Assembly: GCA_040954595.2 (NCBI GenBank)
Contig: CM082578.2
Span: 14,104,304 to 14,168,303, forward strand
DNA: 64,000 nt
Direction: 5' to 3'
DNA from: Balanoglossus misakiensis
Taxonomy: Eukaryota > Animalia > Hemichordata
Numbering within the stretch: position 1 is the stretch's first letter; each line of letters opens with the position of its first letter. The position numbers and the translations under genes are program-made. This document shows positions 36,015 through 48,773 of the stretch, one piece after another. Under the pieces are notes generated by a model. That model saw only the letters and a list, made by a program, of their open reading frames with translations. It was not told the DNA's origin and made no database searches.

Positions 36015-38882
36015 ATGGGGGATACCCACGATCAGATCAAGGAGGGCTTCCTCTGCCCAATTTGCATGAAAGACTTGGCATCGGTCTACCATCTGCAAAC
36101 TCACTTTGATGAGGTTCACAGTGCCGAGTTAGGCGATAAAGACATGGTCAGGCAGCTCAAGGGGCTATTCGGGAAAGCCAAAAAGAAGATCTTGAAAAAG
36201 ATTGAAGGAACAGATGCAATGCATGAAGCAGCTGCAGTCAGTCCAGAGGATGAAATTGTGGAACAGTTTTCATCAGTACATGTAGATGCTGCAGGAATTG
36301 ATGTTCGGCTGTGGGAACCACAAGAAATTGGTGAGGATTCTGTTAACTTTGAGGTTTGCGTGCGAAGTGTTGTTGCCTGGTTACAAGTAAATACACCCCA
36401 ACTGCATCAAAGTTAATTAGTTATGTCGTGATTTCTGTCAGATGCTACCTGATAACATGACATCTTTAATTAATTCTGTGGGCATATGGACACAGTGTTT
36501 AATAATTTTGATTATTTCAAAAATGGAAACAAATTGTCAAATTATTAATGTGCAATTGGGGGATCAACAGTTGGTTTTACACTGCATAAAATGTGGCAAA
36601 TTTATTTTCAGGTGCTATAACAAACCACACAGATACCTTTAAGGGTGTTCGAGATACAAGAGTAGATTGGTATGTGGTAGAAACAAACAAACTTTTGATA
36701 CGACTGGAGAAACTGCTGAAATATGAAAGCCATGGTTTTGACCCAATGAAAAGAAAAGGTAATGGTACGTTGAACAGTTCATATTTACAACCTGTAATTG
36801 GAATATTGAAGTCTTTTGTTCTGAATTTGTAAGATGTACAAAAATCAATACCTGTAGTTGACCTTGTAGAAAATGGAAATTCTTGCGTTGCCAGAGCGAG
36901 AAGTAATATGAATACTTGCCTTTCGCCGACAGCATTTGAAAGAAGCATCGTCCCATGGGCGCCTGATGAACACGTCAAATTCTGTCTCACCTGCGGAGAT
37001 AAGTTCTCCATTGCGAAGAGAAAGCATCACTGTAGATTATGTGGGACCATTTTATGTCAGAAGTGTTCTGAGTTCCTTCCATACTCTGTGGCAAGTAAGT
37101 ATTGTCATGGTGATGTTAATTATATCGTCCATTTTTTTAAGAACACAATCAAGTGGATTGCTTCATTTAGAAAACAAACTTGATGATCTGTTTCTTTGTT
37201 TGTTTGTTTTCTTTGAGGAACCCTGACTGATTCCAATAACCCTGGGGGCTCACCACAAGTCAAGAAAACTCACAGGCGCCAAGCGAGTGGAGGCTCAACC
37301 GAGGAGGAACCAGAGTTCAGAATTTGCAGAGAATGTGAAAAGATTCTGATCAGAAAAGCTGCCATGATCAAAGAGAAGACCACAGTTCCAATCCTTGTGC
37401 AATTATATGATGTAAGACAAATACACCCTTACTAATATGATTTTGAAATATACATGTAATTTTGAAGTAGGATCCTATTTCACATCATGCCACTTACACA
37501 CACACACACTCACAGATCCCCACAAATGGATGAGCTTGGACTGAACCATTGTGGTGAAAGGGTTAATCTCTTGTCAAACCATATCAAATTTCAGGCATGT
37601 TTCTTGATTCGTAGATTGTGTGTGTAATCTTTATTTCATATAAAGTTTTCCTCATTTTTCCCCCCCAGAAATTACGAACTGCCATTGATGTTGTAGAGGA
37701 TGCACTTCCAATCTTCATTGAGATGGCTGAGTCATTGAAGTAAGTGATACCTTTGGTGAAGTGTGAACTTTGATCACTTTGTGTTCTGCAGCAGTACTTT
37801 CACACGCACAGCAAGTGAAATCATGTACTCCACATCACGAGAAATACACTTGCGAAATGCACACAAAAGTAACCAGTATGATACATTGCTGTAAGATTTT
37901 CACCATTTCTATTTTCTTCCCTCCAGTGCTGGTGAGACAAGCCATAACTTAGAGAGAGCAATTGATGTCCGACTCAATCTTTTGAAGAAATATGAAGTTA
38001 TTGATTTGATAAGGTACATCATCATACATTGTATGTTGTCTGTCATTTGCCATTCTGCTGTTTTCAGCTCCAAGTTACCACTCGGCCAAGTGTTCATTTG
38101 TATGCATCAATCCATCAACAACTGTCCATTACTTTTTGAATATGGCTGCCATGCTGAGAATACATCAAGTTATTTTACAGCAAGTTTATTAAGATCCACC
38201 ACACTCGATAAAATCGACACGATTGACCAAAGGAGTATTTTTCGGTGTTAATAAATGACCATTTTCGTGCTGTTTGTTTTTTATTCTCAGTAAGAAGATT
38301 GCTGTGCACGGATTGTCTGGCGAAACCACACCCAACCAAACCACGCAGAAACTCCAGCGTATGATCAGACATTCCACCACGGCCTACCTTCAAGACACAA
38401 TGTTGCAGGTGCCTCAGTTGCCTTCCAGAGAACAGTACGAAGTGCTGAAGGAGAAACGTGAAGCGGCCATCGCCAGGAGGCTGGAGCTTCAACGCGAGGC
38501 TGCGTTAGAGGAACAGAGGAGAGAACAGGAGAGGAAAGAGCAGGAGAGACGACGACAGGAAAGATTTCACTTCAACGTCGGTTCACCGGGAACTTTGAGG
38601 AGTCGGGATCGGGAGGAGGAAGAGGCCAGGCCGAGGAGGGAGAGCGTTGGACACGAAGGATGGGGTCCTGTCCAGACTCCATCTGGCATGGCTGCTGCAG
38701 CCGCCGCCTCTTCAGATCCAATGCTTCAGCAAATGGACATCATACGCAGTTACATCCAGCAGGCCCGAGAGGCGAAGAAATTTGACGAAGTCCGCATGCT
38801 GGAAAATAACTTGAAAGAACTGCAAGCGGAATACTGGAGGCAGCAACAGAGCCAGATGCAGAGTGAGATCGACCGTATGTGA
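36015..38882 (+). CDS. RBSN: Rabenosyn-5 (C2H2 finger, FYVE, Rab-binding domain), about 522 aa
   Basis: Exons 36015-36330, 36612-36758, 36933-37094, 37218-37411, 37669-37739, 37927-38013 and 38291-38882 (1569 nt, in phase). Motifs: EGFLCPICMKDL..LQTHFDEVH; ETNKLLIRLEKL; FYVE WAPD..C..C..RKHHCRLCG..C..C / RICREC; DPMLQQMDIIRSYIQQAR..FDEVRMLENNLKEL. Confidence 0.96.
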
Positions 38883-39109
38883 TCTTCCAATTTACCACTG
38901 GATTGTCACTACTTTTATTGTAATAGACTGTGGCTGACACTAGACTTCCAGTTTTCTGTTTTATAGTAGAGCAAGTATGAACATTACACCTTCTGTATCA
39001 TGTGTGTGTGTACATGTATTCTGTTATTTTGTAGTGTAACTCATACATGTGATAAAAATGAATCATCTTTCTATAATCATGTACATTATATTGTGAAACA
39101 TTCATATGA

Positions 39110-39245
39110 GATGACATTATTAAAGAACCCGTGTACCAAAGTTGATTGAAGTCTGATTCACTGTTCTTGAGAATCTGTGTAAACAGACACACGCAAACAC
39201 ACAGAAATTGGTATAACAGTACTTCACGTGATCTGATCACATGAG
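39110..39245. mobile_element. Possible non-autonomous repeat remnant
   Basis: gtgtaccaaagttgattgaagtctgattcactgttcttgagaatctgtgtaaacagacacacgcaaacacacaga resembles the core-plus-microsatellite end of MITE/Helentron-like elements of marine invertebrates. Recognised by pattern only. Confidence 0.3.
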
Positions 39246-40406
39246 ATCAAAATAACATACTCTGTTACACATCTGCAATTATTTACTTCAAACCAAGAAA
39301 AGGGGTTGTTCAAATACAAGCAGAAAAGTTACCGTCACCTCTAAATTATACATGCCTGCAAATGTATATACGTCAAAAGGGTGTGTCTATGTCTTTGAAT
39401 GACCATGTGGTGGCGCACTTTTTTCGTTTGTGCTGCTCACATCTGTTATTTGGCTATATTGAAATTTGTATAGAAACACCCTTTACCGTAGCCATCATGG
39501 CAATACAAGGAGCTGCTTCTTTTGATGGGGCATCATGAAAGCTGCAGCCACAAAATCTACACTGTTCAGCCTTGGTGGCGTAATGAGGAAATCTCAAAAA
39601 GTCAAGGAAATTCTTTAGCATGTTAAGTGAGTTTATCAATGTGAAAACAACGTAAAGGAAACAACTGAATGAATTCACACTTGAAAAAGTACAATAGTTT
39701 GTAAAACTCCAACTGTCAATGTCGTAGAGGTTATATTGAAATGGCCAAAATACATGTACTGAATAAATAGACAAAATGTACAGCTAATGTCCCATTTAAT
39801 TCCTACGCTCAAAATGACTTTACAAACTTAAGTTCATGGGATTGACAAGTACATTGGGTTAGACATGGGTATTTGAAATTCGAATAAGTATTACATATCT
39901 CGCAAAACAAGAAGCAAGTATTGGCTGTATCTATGAATGATATCTGATATCTATCAGAATGTTATTGAGTGCGCAACAAGAGTAAAATTTGAAATCTATA
40001 TAAATGACATTAAATCTATTAGTCTATATATCGATTTATCTGTTTACAATAGGTATATCATTTAGTTTTATTTTATACATCAATGAATTAATTAAATGTT
40101 AAAACAAAAATCGATAGAAAGCGGTGTTTCCATCATTCCTTTTTTCATTTAGAGGGTATCAACGAGTCAACAGTTTGTGAAATACTTCCTATGCCATAGT
40201 TTTCCATGGTATAACTATCTGAACAACGCGCCCTATAAAAAAAATCAAGGACGACTACGTAAAATGTCCTTTATGTCAATGGATAAAGCTCCTCTTCTTT
40301 ACACGTGGTGGCTTTTACAAAAGAAACGGAGGCATATTTGTGCAGTGTAATTGAATCTCATATCTGGTTCCATGTCTACCTTATTTGGTCATTGGCAACA
40401 GAAAGT

Positions 40407-43400
40407 TTATTTTGTGATAGAATTGTGCGAGTCACAAACTGTCTGACTATCAGGGGTCTTCCTACAGCACACTTCATAATACAACCCAACGGTACGCATG
40501 CGTAAGAGAAACGCCACGAAAATGAAAACGCCCTGCAAGGTGTTGGCGACAATGAAGATGTAGTCTAAAGCATTGGAGTGAAAGAAGCCGTCCAGAAATC
40601 CTATAACCCATGCTAATCCCAACACAGTGGACATCTTCAGAGAGAAGATGACGTGTTGGGTTGTGTATGTTTTCGAGCGATGTTTCTTCATCTCTCGTTC
40701 AGACATCAGCACCGAGCACACAGTGTACACAAAGCAAGCAATATTGAACAGGAGTATCAGTCCGACGGGAATCAAGAACGTGGCTATCAAGGCGGCGCTC
40801 CGACCAATCCAACAAACTGACCCTTCACTGTACCCTACCCGGAAGCCGTCCGGAGCGAAATTATCCACAATCACACAGACTCCAACGAACACGAATGGCA
40901 GCAGCCATGCATACAAACAGTAATAAAGGAAAATCTTTCCCGTCCCAGAAATCTGAAGAGTCAACTGTGTGCGCATGTACATGATGTCAACGGCCATGAC
41001 ACTCATCCAACAGAATGCTGCAAGCCACATATAGTGAGATATCACAGCAGTTGCCTTACACAGCCACAGTAACTTGGTGACATCCATCAACGTTATGAAC
41101 AACAACTGCGCAAGCATAAGAGCTACGGCGAGATTCAGTATAATCTTTCCTGGGCGAGTTCTCATTTGCTTGAAGGCACATATAGTGGTAATCGTGACAA
41201 AGAGACAAATGATAGACAGAATACAACCGGCGAGAGTCAGCGTCTGTTTCAGTTTTGTTTTAGATCCCATGTGCCAAATCAAAGCCCTATTCTCTTCTGA
41301 ATGACATACGAATGCGTGGGAACGGTCCCCCGACAGGGCAAACTTTTCCCGTGGAAATGTGAATGAATCAACGGAAAGATGGCTGTCATTGACATGAAAA
41401 TTCCTTTCGGAAATTTTCAAAATCACTCCCCCTGGACAGCTGAACAAGGAATTTTGATTAGCAGAAACACAGATAACGACTTCTGGGATCATGTGTAGAG
41501 AAAAGGAACTTCCTCTTTCATAATGGCATGATTTAGAACTAAAAACTTTTGGGTTGTATAATTGGTGACTGGTAATATTTATAGAAAGCAAGTCTTCATT
41601 TGCAGTTTCGTTAGAGTATTCCACCATTTTCCCTTTCATTGCCACTTGTTCGTTGACGTCATCGCATTCGATGCCCAAGGTTTGAAACGTCACTGATATT
41701 ACGACTATGTCCTTCAGGGATAGTTCGTTACCCAATTCACGCCAGGTGGCCATGCATGCTGTCGGTAGAAATTCTCTCATGATCGGCCAGGGTACCTCAA
41801 TCAGGAATGATATGGATATAAGATGGCCGTCGACAGATCGCAGGGAGTGCTTTTGTAACATGGAAATATTGTAAATACCACCTAGAAACAGATTTCGGAT
41901 CAGAACCTTTATGTTGCTTTCTAAGCTGGGCTGGCCAGTATGGTCGTGAAGCGGTGGGTGTGGCATGCGCAGTGTCAGCGACATTTTCGCGAGCGTTTGT
42001 TTTTGGGGAAATGGTGTTGATGCCAGTGGGGTGGCAGGCCCTACTGATACATTTTGAAAGAAACGGAGAGGGTTAACACACATCTCTGTGACAATGTCAA
42101 ATATTTCGCCAGGGTCACAATCCCATTGCTCACGAACTTCTGTGCTTCTGTCGAGCATCCTCAACTCGTAACGATGTTCACCATTTGGGTTGAAGTCAAA
42201 CAAAACGTCAAAAGTTGGATTGCGGTTAAAGAACTCCGTATATGTGAAAGGTCTACCACACATTAACTCGTCCACACCGAATAACACGCTCTCACACATC
42301 GCACAGTGAGCGTTCTTGAAGAAACGCACGGGGAACCTAAAGGTTGAGGGCATGTGGGTTTTTGCCGTGTAATTTTTACAGAGGTGGGCCGTTGTTTGGT
42401 TGGGAAATTCCATCGAACAAGACTCGGAAACTTGAGAACACGCATGAACCTTATCACTGAGAGAGTATGGTGTGACAATCGTCCGCTCACACTGACTATA
42501 CGATTGGATCAATTCGAACATCGAGGACATGTTCCATCGGTGTCGTAGCAACTCCCTCCGTAAGGAATACGTCGATGGACACAACCATTTCTCGGTAAAA
42601 TAACGTACCATGGATGGATCGACATCGTAACAAATAGCGCAATAGATATTTTGATACACCACGAAATTTCCGTCACACACTGGTATGAAATTAATTCCCC
42701 TTGTGCCTAGAAGAACAATGAAACATGCTGCTGTTCAGAGGCTTATTCTGGAACTTCAACATGAATCGGTCAGTTTTTGCTCACCGATGCACGACCCCTA
42801 AAAGGTTGTGCAATTTTAGCCGGGGAAAGGGTTGGAGCCTGGAGAGATGGGTCATTTTTTCCGGAGACACTCAAAAACTGTGCACATCTATTTTGTATAT
42901 TTTCATCATTGTTTCTTTGCTCATATGCAACTTCTCTATTTTAGGCTACTCTGGCTTCACAGGGAAGAATTTCGAACATTCCAGCTGAAAGTTTGAATGT
43001 GCACACTCACACACACACACTGCTACAAGAACAGTGTTTGCCAATCGCACATTGATATATAGCTCTCTTACCTTCCGTGTCCTCACACCGTCGCCTGATG
43101 TCATCAATCGACCAATCTGTGGGACATTTGTTGATTACCCATAAGTCACGGTCGCTGAAGTGCATACATTGTTTTTTCGGCGTGATTTCATCGAGACTCG
43201 GCGGATTTGGACTGTTGCGGATGCAAACTTCTTCGTAGTCATGACAGCAGTCGCGGAAATGTAAGCATTCGGGTTGACAATTGCACAATGCCAGAGTCTC
43301 GCGTGCTACTTGCATGACCAATGTTCTGTGACAGACTGGCCCGTCGGGAGTAAGGCAGGAGTCTAAACGCCTGCTTGTATTGGGGTACAGGCAAAGCAAC

Positions 43401-43645
43401 GAGTCCTTGTCTACATGGACCATACGTCCAGTAGTTAGCAATATGTGATACTTCGTCTCGTCGATGTAAGAAACTGCGGGGTTCATCAGTTGAAGAGAGG
43501 ATGTCGTTTGCCCGACATCGGCGCCTCCACCTCTAGTGGGCCCTCTGTGTAATTCTGAATTTGGGAAAATCGATCTGGTCCATATCATTATACTGTCCAT
43601 CTGAATTAGTAGAACCAAGCAGAGGAATTTCCACACATACTTCAT
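40407..43645 (-). CDS. Secretin/adhesion-class (7tm_2) GPCR with N-terminal somatomedin-B-like and Cys-rich ectodomain, about 957 aa
   Basis: Exons 43645-43072 and 42706-40407, joined in phase 1. Signal-peptide-like MKYVWKFLCLVLLIQ; SMB CNCQPECLHFRDCCHDYEEVC; repeated YQNIYCAICY/FKNAHCAMCE. Class-B 7TM motifs GCILSIICL, CKATAVISHYMWLAAFCWM, YAWLLP, CWI, LGLAW and NTLQGVFIF. Confidence 0.9.
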
Positions 43646-43769
43646 GATCACCAATGTTTACCTACATACTGGAAAAGAAAGAGAATTGACCAAATCCTCA
43701 AAGTTTTGCTGTGGAATACGCCAATCGTGAAAATAACTTCTGTACTGCATAAATCAATACGTGTTTATG

Positions 43770-43893
43770 ACTTACCAGTCGCTATTGTGAATGTAGTTTA
43801 CTGCAGCAGAGATTCTCGTGTCCGAAGTCAGCACAAGCATATCGCTGGCTCGGCTTTATATCGGCTTTTTACTTGATATAAAGTGTGACGTCA
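43770..43893 (-). promoter_or_regulatory. Promoter and short non-coding first exon of the SMB-7TM receptor
   Basis: CRE TGACGTCA 43886-43893, minus-strand TATAAA 43855-43860, donor GTAAGT at 43775-43770 and acceptor TTTCTTTTCCAG ending at 43669. Confidence 0.6.
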
Positions 43894-46800
43894 CGATTCC
43901 CTATTGGAGCAGTGAAAATGGTACATATGTCAGACATATGATGCTTACGCATGTACCGTTAAATCTCTGAAAGTTTCGCCATAAGAAATATAACACAAAA
44001 TGCAAAATCAACAATGGCCCTTTTCAATCGAACATGGAGGAAAGGGTGCCGGGCGGTTTTAGTGCGTTTTCATGATTTCGCCTTGTTTTCTTGCGTTTTC
44101 CTATCTAAATTTGGGGTTTTACGGGTTTTCTTTTTTGTTGTTTTCGTAGTCTTGCCATTCACGTACACATGAGTACGTACCATCATACTACAAGAAGAAA
44201 GTTTAAATGAAATATCAATATATGCTCAAAATCTTTGCGTAAATCGTGCTTTTAGGTAGAATTGCCGTCTAGGATTACGGTAAAACGAAACTATTTAAAA
44301 GAAGGGGGTTCTTGTGTTGTATGGAATACAGATGCATGTACTGATTTGTAGAATTATCTTTCTAAAGACAGAACGTTAATTTGGTAGCCTGAGGAGGAAA
44401 AGATCTTAAGTATTAAAACTCTGATAGAAAATAGTGATTACTTTACATTCACATTTGAAGTCTACGTTCGCTTTAATGATGCAACGAATTAATATTGCAC
44501 ATCAGTCTCATTAGTACTACATTGTTAAGCAGATTTTCAATTGGAAAGATTTGCCTACAGGAAAAAACTGAGGACTTTCATTTGAGTATAATTTTCTGCT
44601 GTGTACTTACATAATATCTTTTATAATGTAGAGACTCGAACCATTTCTGGATAGTTCTCCGGACAGCGAAAACGGATAAAACCGGCTACATCTTAATGAG
44701 TACATGTATTACCATGACAAGCATTTCAGTTGTTTGAGTTAGTGATATTTGAGATGCAATGAAAACCCTGTTATTACGCACGAGCAAGGTTGTTATCAAG
44801 TGAAATGACGTCAAAGAAGACTTGAAGACGGGACAACAAGAATTCAATTGTCAACACAAAACTTGGTCTGCCCCCCCCCCCCCTCCACAATCATGCTAAA
44901 CTTCCCAGTGTACTGGGTACTAACTTCTTTTCATAGATTTGACATAACAATACCGAGTGTGCACATATGGGTTATGAAAAAGTTTAGGGGGTCTAATGAG
45001 AAACAGCATCACTTTGATACACACTACAGCTAACGGGGCTAATGATAGTGCCTCTCAGGTTGTTGTTGTTTTTATATGTAACAATGTGAACGTCATCGTG
45101 ATGGCCAGGTGGAAGAGTTGCCATGACGGACGAGACTGGCGGCACCTAATCCCACGACTACCTTGTTTGATCTGATAAGGTGATAAAGGCAACTCAACCA
45201 AAGAATGTGCCTTGTATAAATCAGTGCAAAGTTTAATAAAACAGTCAAGAGGGCAGACACACAACCACGGATTAGTCTGGCGGCCAATCGTTCTGCGGTC
45301 TCCGTTGGAAACCTGCAGCCGGTCCGTTCAGAAATTGTACAGTTATTCGTGCTGTGTATAATGTGACCGCAGTTTGCTGACAAAGGTTGACCGCCCGCAC
45401 GCCAGACCGACCGCGGGAACACTCGTCGTCCCGCCGAAGAAGGTGCCAGACAAGACCAATTCCGTTTGGTCGCTCTCGTCGTTCTGTAAGTCTAATCAAT
45501 CATCGCGATTTGCTGCACGTTCCGGGTGGTTTTGATAAGTCGCCAGTCAAGTGGTTCATCCTCTCGTTGTTAGCAAGAAAGGAAGAAAAGTTGCTTTTGC
45601 CCGCTTTCCTGCCAGTAGGTTATTAGCAAGGAGTTTCAACGGGTGAGTAATCCATTTGGTAAACGACTTTTGTTCTAATTGTACGTCGGTCCACATTAGA
45701 CATATATTTTCAGTTATACGCCTAAACTGCCAGGAATCCCGTTTGTTGATAGCTCTGTTTTGTCGATTAACATACATGTAACTGAAAACAACTCCATTGC
45801 TTGTCCGAACTTAAGTCTTTGCAAAAGTTCTGGTGGACCACAATTGATAATAAGCGGATGTTTTGTTTGGAATCCGGACATTAAGTTGATGGGGACAATC
45901 TACGGAAGTAAATGACTTAAACGGGAGTCAAAGATAAAGATAGGCATTATTCAGATCTTAAATAATCCGGGGAAAACAATCTTACTTCGGGGCACCTCCA
46001 CAACCGGGGTTAAAATGAATTGCCGTCGCTAACGAGCGATACCTTAGCACTGATATGTAGCCTGTCTTCGCATTCTTGGAACAGGTGGACATTGTGGAGA
46101 AGTAAAAATGTAATATAAACAAAATGACAGACTAATTCGTATAACTTTGTTTTCGAAGTAGTATCATAGAGCGAACAATACAGTCAAATTGACCAAATTT
46201 CTATCTCACCTGACACCAAAAACATTTTTGAAGGGCGATAAACAAGTAATGCAATAAAGTCACCTGCGAGCAATACTTTTTAAATGAATGATTAGCAGTC
46301 TGACAAAACCACCGTTCAAGCTCAGTCAAGCGGATTAGGAAGGTGGTAAGCCAGGGATTAAAGGAGTTAGCGAAGTGTCTTTCTGGCGAAAATACATGCA
46401 ATTCACTTCACTGCGAATTTGTATTTTCCGAAACCACATCTACGCCACACTTTAATTAGCCGGTTCAACATGAGAAGAATTAGAATTCCGATGGTGAAAA
46501 GGCGATGACACTATAGAGGTGTAACGCAGGCATGTCGGATTCAACATATGGCGTAAAAGTCTTATTTATAGACGTGTGCATTCATAACATTGTACTCAGG
46601 TGAGTACATGTTACATGTATATATACATAACAAGCGGATTTGGCGCTTGGAAGGCGCTTGAAATGGCTTCCTGCATACACCACAAGTCGGGCCCAGCCAC
46701 TGCGCATCTATCTCCTCCGTATAGTTTATTTGGAATAGAGTAAGCACTCGAGTCATAAATACTGGGTCTTTAGTTCCTCCACATGACCCTGCACCGAACA

Positions 46801-48773
46801 TGCCAAGTTCTCTGCTGACGTGAACTGAGGGGCGCGTGTTTCTTTTGTTCCCACGGTGTCTGTTGCCATGGCGTCTGTAGCAACAGGGGGGGGGGGGCAA
46901 CACATAGAAGACTAAAGCCCCGCTAACTCCAACTTTGGACTTTTTTCTCAACAATTTTGTTTGGTATTTCTTGGTATCAGTTGTGGTTTCTTCAACTCTG
47001 TAAAAACATAAACTTCAAAATTGAATTTCAGTCCGGCCCTAGTTCTACGATTTCCGTAGTTACATCATACAGCCGCTGTCCGATCAGAATACTCGACAGT
47101 CTCGCAACACACCGTGCGGTAAATCTATTCTTGGCGTCGATTACTATTACACTTATAATGAATCTACCATTTCTGTATATGCGAGTATTAGGTTACAATT
47201 TCGAAAATAATAAGAGCGATTTTGATATTTAACATTTGATATTTCACATACGAGTTTGGGTCTTTGTAAAGGTGACATGGAAAAGTACTGGTAATGGTGA
47301 TCAGATTTTTCAATTAATAACATGCTTCTCAAAAAGCAAAGTCTTAATTTTGTTCTCTTATTTTGCTAATGATTACTTTGGAAAAGTTTTTTTCTAAACT
47401 TTAGAATAAAATCTAGGGGTCGCCATGCAAACGTTTGAATGAGGGAGCAAAACTGCCAATGGTTTGCAAGACTATCATTTGTTTCTCAGGAGGTGCGTAC
47501 TACCTTCATGAACACTATGCAATCGATCGGTTATTTTGCTTCCTTCAATTCAAACAAGTTATGTAAACCAGTAATGTTCGTCACAGTTTCAATTAAAGTA
47601 CTGTACTCGGAGACATATACAATACAAGAGAAGCACGGATAAAACAAGCTTCCAAACCTGTCAAATGGTGACAAAGGGACATTTCAACATTGTCTGGAAA
47701 ACCAGTCCTGTAGCCTGCCCCGATACGTCGTATACGCAACGACCCGTAGTTCACAATACTTTGTCGTAGAAACTTCGAGTTGGTTCTGAATTTCGTGTTA
47801 ATGCGCAAAAGTTGAGTTGATGGTCTTATGCCGCCCTATGAGGGCTTAGGTCTTAGTGTTTTTATCTGATCCATAATTTTTCACCTCGACACGCATCGCA
47901 TTAATAAACCTCCACATTACTACAGGCTTTGGGACAGATGCGCCAGTCAAGTCTGACCTTGCTAGGTTGCTAGACAGAACTATTTGGTGCTTGCAGTAAC
48001 CTGGGAGTTATTGAAATGTGCATTGTTTCCCTTACATCAACAGTCAAGAGACACCTCTTACATTGCGTACACATGTCCCCGAGCTACGAGATGTGAAATA
48101 CCACTGCTACTGTCTAGTTGCGTCACTGGCCTCAGCTCCTGTACATCTTCCCAGATCGCAATCAAACCCTCAGCTGCAGGGAATACAAAATCTAAAACAG
48201 CACCGGTCGAAAAGAACGGTTGCTAGGGGAAATTGCAAGCTAATATGCTAAACCATAGACAGTAGGAAAGAAAACTGCATTGTGTTTGCAGTTGAATATT
48301 AATATGTCTCAAAGGGCACCTTACGTAGCAGTCATAATATTGTCTTTGAGTTCTGTACAAACTTTTCACGGGGATGTCATTGACGAGATAGTCAGATAAA
48401 GATGTATGTAAATCGATAAACAAAAACTGTGTGTATGCTGCGTGGCAAACGATCTTATATTGACACACCAGAGTCAACTTTGTTGAGACATAAAATTTGC
48501 ACCTAACTGTGGTTTCTGTCGGGACAATTGCTCGCTTGCTGTTGTCTTTTCGTACAATTGAATTTTATCTTCGCGATCAATCAGTGTCATATCAAAGCAC
48601 GCATTCAGCGTATACGCCGATGGCGTCTCACAGTTGTCTTCACAAAAGACTTATTCGGTAGTTTTGACCACTGTCCTGTTTCCCTGTTGCAAACTCCAGC
48701 CACTTGTCAACCTTTTTCACCTTCACAACTGTCTTGTTTTCCAGCGTAACCCGTATCAGTTGATACGACAAAC

